The notes under the pieces were generated by a model that was not told where the DNA came from, did not search any database, and saw only the letters and a list, made by a program, of their open reading frames with translations. DNA of 54,598 nucleotides, counting the filler, from Bipalium vagum (Eukaryota): assembly GCA_037834085.1 (NCBI GenBank). It is 3 parts of 3 records of this genome, joined end to end, with 100 filler letters (N's around TTAATTAATTAA, not from the genome) between each part and the next. Parts side by side here need not be neighbours in the genome. Positions count along the whole stretch, not along the records: positions 35,861 to 54,598 come from JBBMKC010020653.1; 2 more parts are not named here. One strand, 5' to 3'. Positions 51,244 to 54,598 of the stretch are shown here, in pieces (position 1 is the first letter of the stretch; each line of letters starts with the position of its first letter). A program made the translations under genes and the position numbers.

Positions 51244-54231
51244 TATATATATTATCGAGTTATACTACATCATTAAAAAATGACTTGCAACATTTGGGAT
51301 GTAGAAGCAAAGATTTCATGCAAAATAATACAATCTGATGGAAGTACCCCAGTCATGAAAATTATAATATATCATAATAATATCTTGTTGTCGAAAGATA
51401 TAACCGGATAACTCTAAAAAGAGATTTCAAAAATATGTTAAATATTGCGCCGAAAAGGTTTTTAAGGATGAAGCAGTAAAACAACTTTAATGTCTTAGAA
51501 AAGCGCCTATAAAGCTTGACTCAACTTAATATTAAAAAAAATGATTTATTTTTGTTAAATATCATCTAATATTTCGTTTCAGTTTAGTGTGAAATAATTT
51601 TCTTTACAAATTAATGAATTCTTTCTCCAGAAAGGGTTGTTTAGATTTAAAAGGTGGACTGGAAATACGTTAATAAAGTAATGCGAAGGTGTATATTCTT
51701 ATGTAACATACAACCGTTATTAAAATTCACAAAGAGAGTATTTTAAGAAGCTGACACACTTTGTTAATACAAATTATCGTAGATATGTAAAATAATCTCA
51801 TCATTTCGATCTCCATCTTTCTTTTAATTCTGAGACATTAATTTTTAAATTTTACTGATTGACTTGATTTTTTAAAAAATATATTTTAGTGGTCTTGTGT
51901 TATTTTTTAATACTCAACTCTTCATTAACACTTTTCTCTAATAAATTGTTAACTGGTCTATTTTATTTTTTGTCAAAATTGATATCTTGACACAGATTTG
52001 ATCCGATTTTCTTCTATAGCTCACTTCAAAGAAAACAAAGTGTTTGAAATTGATATCACTACACGTTATACCGCAAAAGATCCAATTTCAAAGATATTTT
52101 CAGTTTTTGTTATTACACTTTTACTTGGTTTTATTTCTTTACTTTTACTTCCTTTTTAAAAATCTTTTCTATATTTATTATTTAAATTTTAAACAATTTA
52201 TATTCATAGATATTAAAAATCTGTTTTGAGTCATTATTAATAAAAAAAAACCTGGTTTATTATTTTATTTTTTAACAAATTTATTTTTATTTTCTAATCG
52301 TCGTCCAGCTTCATAAATTTGAATATTGAGTAGTATTATGCTTTGTAAGTCTACCTTATATTAGGTTGAGGAAAACCTATTGTCACATATATATATAATA
52401 TTAATTTCTTTTCTTTGATTATTTCTGTATACAGACGAATAGTTATATATTTTTAACTTATTTATAATGTGAGTAAAATTACTCAGTGATTCCTTCATAT
52501 TCTTATCTTACTGCTTTGAATTCAACTTTGTGTCTTTGTGATCTTATGGTCTTATCATTTAGTTCCCTCTTTTTTAGTCTGAATAACATCACTTTTCGTT
52601 TTGTCAATTGCAAATAGTTTCTATGGATAATATGACTAAAATGTAACAAAAATCGCTATGAAATAATCAATAAGTTCATTTTTACATTTTATTTTATTTT
52701 TATTATTGTATTACATTTTTTTCATTAATGTGTAACAGAAAGTATTTGTGGGTTTTGAGTCGATATTGGAATTAAGTCTTTAGATGCTTAGGATCTCTGA
52801 AGAATAAAATATATATTTCTCGAATCCCCACTCCAAAAACAGTGATGAGATTATCTAAAAAACGTCAAAAGTTAATGATGTTATCATTAATACTTTAGAC
52901 GAAAGAAGACTAAACGATTAAAACACCTCTTTGCTACGAACGGATTTTGTTTTGAACACAGAATTTTAAAATATTGTAAGGTAAGTTAGTAAAGTTTCAA
53001 ATTATGAAAAGTGGATATTTTTCGTTCGCCTTTCGTGAAGTTATTTTGTTTTGCTAAGCAGATATTTAAGTTAATGCTTTGGTTTTTCAGAAGTTCTAGA
53101 AAGTTCAAAAGAAAGGAATGATCCTTATGGGCTTTTAATAAGACCTCTCATTTGATAACCATAGTCATTTTTTTCGGTTTTATTCAAAAGTATCCAAATT
53201 TGATTCATACCTATAGGTCTCTTAAAAATTCACTTTTCTCATGAATCTATTGTCCAGTGGTGTATATAAATTCATTCGGAATTATTTTATTTTCAAACAT
53301 AAGAGCTAGGGTTCCAATGAATATATAATTTTGAAGATCCATATTTATCTGCCAATTTATGAGTTGATTGAAATCATTTTTTTTAAGAATGCACAAAAGT
53401 GCAGTACGCTCGTTGACCACACTTGTATTTGCCCAAATACCACCGTATGACTTCTGACTATTCCCAAGACTTAAATTTGTCACATAAAAACAAGACCAAT
53501 CGTAACATGCAAAAAATAACTGAAGTTTTCGATATACTTATAAAGAGAATTATCAGTAGTGGTTTAGAACCACTGTCATTTATTGAAACTTTACATGACA
53601 AATACTGAAAATGTTTTGGGAATCATGAAATTTATATTCTTTATATATATATTTCTTTTTATTATGTGATCAAAATATCCACTATACGAAATTCTATCTG
53701 AGCACCTTTGAATTTTTAAAATAGTCAAAATTTGTAATCATTATTTTATTTTAAGTGAGACAAATTATAAAAATTAATAAAACCTTTTTGAATAATCTTA
53801 TCACAGTGTAAATGTTATCATTTCAATTGCAATGACAAAACATTAATTTGTATCGAAATAATCGGCATTAGGCGAAAACAAAAAATATTGACATGTTTCA
53901 ATATTAAATGTTATCCTTTTATATTTGTAATGAGTTTAACAAATATTTAATTAATAGTTTCATATTTAACATAAGCATATAACATGATTTAATTATTAAA
54001 TTAACTTTTTAATAAAAATAATCTGTGTCATCCTGTTTTAAACCTTGACTATTTTGAAATAATGCATATTTGGATCAATTATTGAATGCAGTTTATTACA
54101 CTTAGATAAATAGTTTTGTGACTAACAGTAAAATAATAATAATAATATTATTATTATTATTAATGTTTATATTTTTGGTTATTTTTAAAAAATCAATTTC
54201 ACAAATAAACAAAATTTTCCAATTAATTCAG

Positions 54232-54446
54232 ACTGCAGAAATCATGCGACAGATTGCTCATAACACCAAAGGCAGATTCCACTGGTTTCGAGAATCGGGG
54301 ATAATTGAAAGCGACGATATTCGTATTTTGATGGCTGAAATTGATTTGGCAGTTGAATATTCAAGACGAACTCAGCAAATTATCAAAGATTTCAAAGAAA
54401 AATATCCGGACAGTCATTTAAAACGAGCTGAGAAGGAAAAAATGAA
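54232..54446 (+). CDS. VWA3A: VWA3A internal exon; gene probably continues past the window
   Basis: TTCAG|ACT; GRFHWFRESGIIESDDI resembles VWA3A GRFHWFGDTGIYESDDI; probable donor AA|GTAATT overlapping the apparent TAA. Confidence 0.9.
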
Positions 54447-54554
54447 GTAATTGATTATGGATTTTGTTTATATTTTTATTTGTTTTTGTTTTTGTTTTTA
54501 AATATTAATTAAATTCCTTTTTCTTGATTTATAAAATTTAAAAATATCTTAATA

Positions 54555-54555
<1 letters not shown>

Positions 54556-54598
<43 letters not shown>
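54556..54598. repeat. (ATT)n microsatellite at window end
   Basis: Direct reading. Confidence 0.95.

Noticed and set aside
53240-53620. Possible Merlin-like relic; other faint TE-like traces at about 3800-3960, 6700-7050, 15480-15780, 21100-21280, 24280-24580 and 26180-26640
   Set aside because: Motifs too degraded to assign by eye with confidence.

Overview
Very AT-rich, intron-rich animal genomic DNA. VWA3A, a cadherin-family gene and abundant (AAT)n repeats suggest a ciliated invertebrate such as a flatworm; this is an inference only. The window is three contigs joined by artificial N44-TTAATTAATTAA-N44 spacers (18198-18297, 35761-35860). Contig 1 holds the first four coding exons of CCDC186 (- strand). 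Contig 2 holds the 3' end of a single-pass cadherin/protocadherin-like gene (+). Contig 3 holds four internal exons of VWA3A (+). The non-coding DNA is full of decayed DNA transposons: Tc1, mariner, maT/DD37D, rosa/DD41D, ITmD37E, pogo/Tigger, Merlin and a young mariner-derived MITE. The most unusual signal is a set of GC/CpG-rich islands (mainly 35933-39815, also about 1756-2527 and smaller patches). They show no convincing coding content and read as transition images (A>G and T>C) of the AT-rich low-complexity DNA around them, suggesting a localized process that converts A:T to G:C on both strands. Transposon-relic boundaries are approximate unless TIRs are cited.
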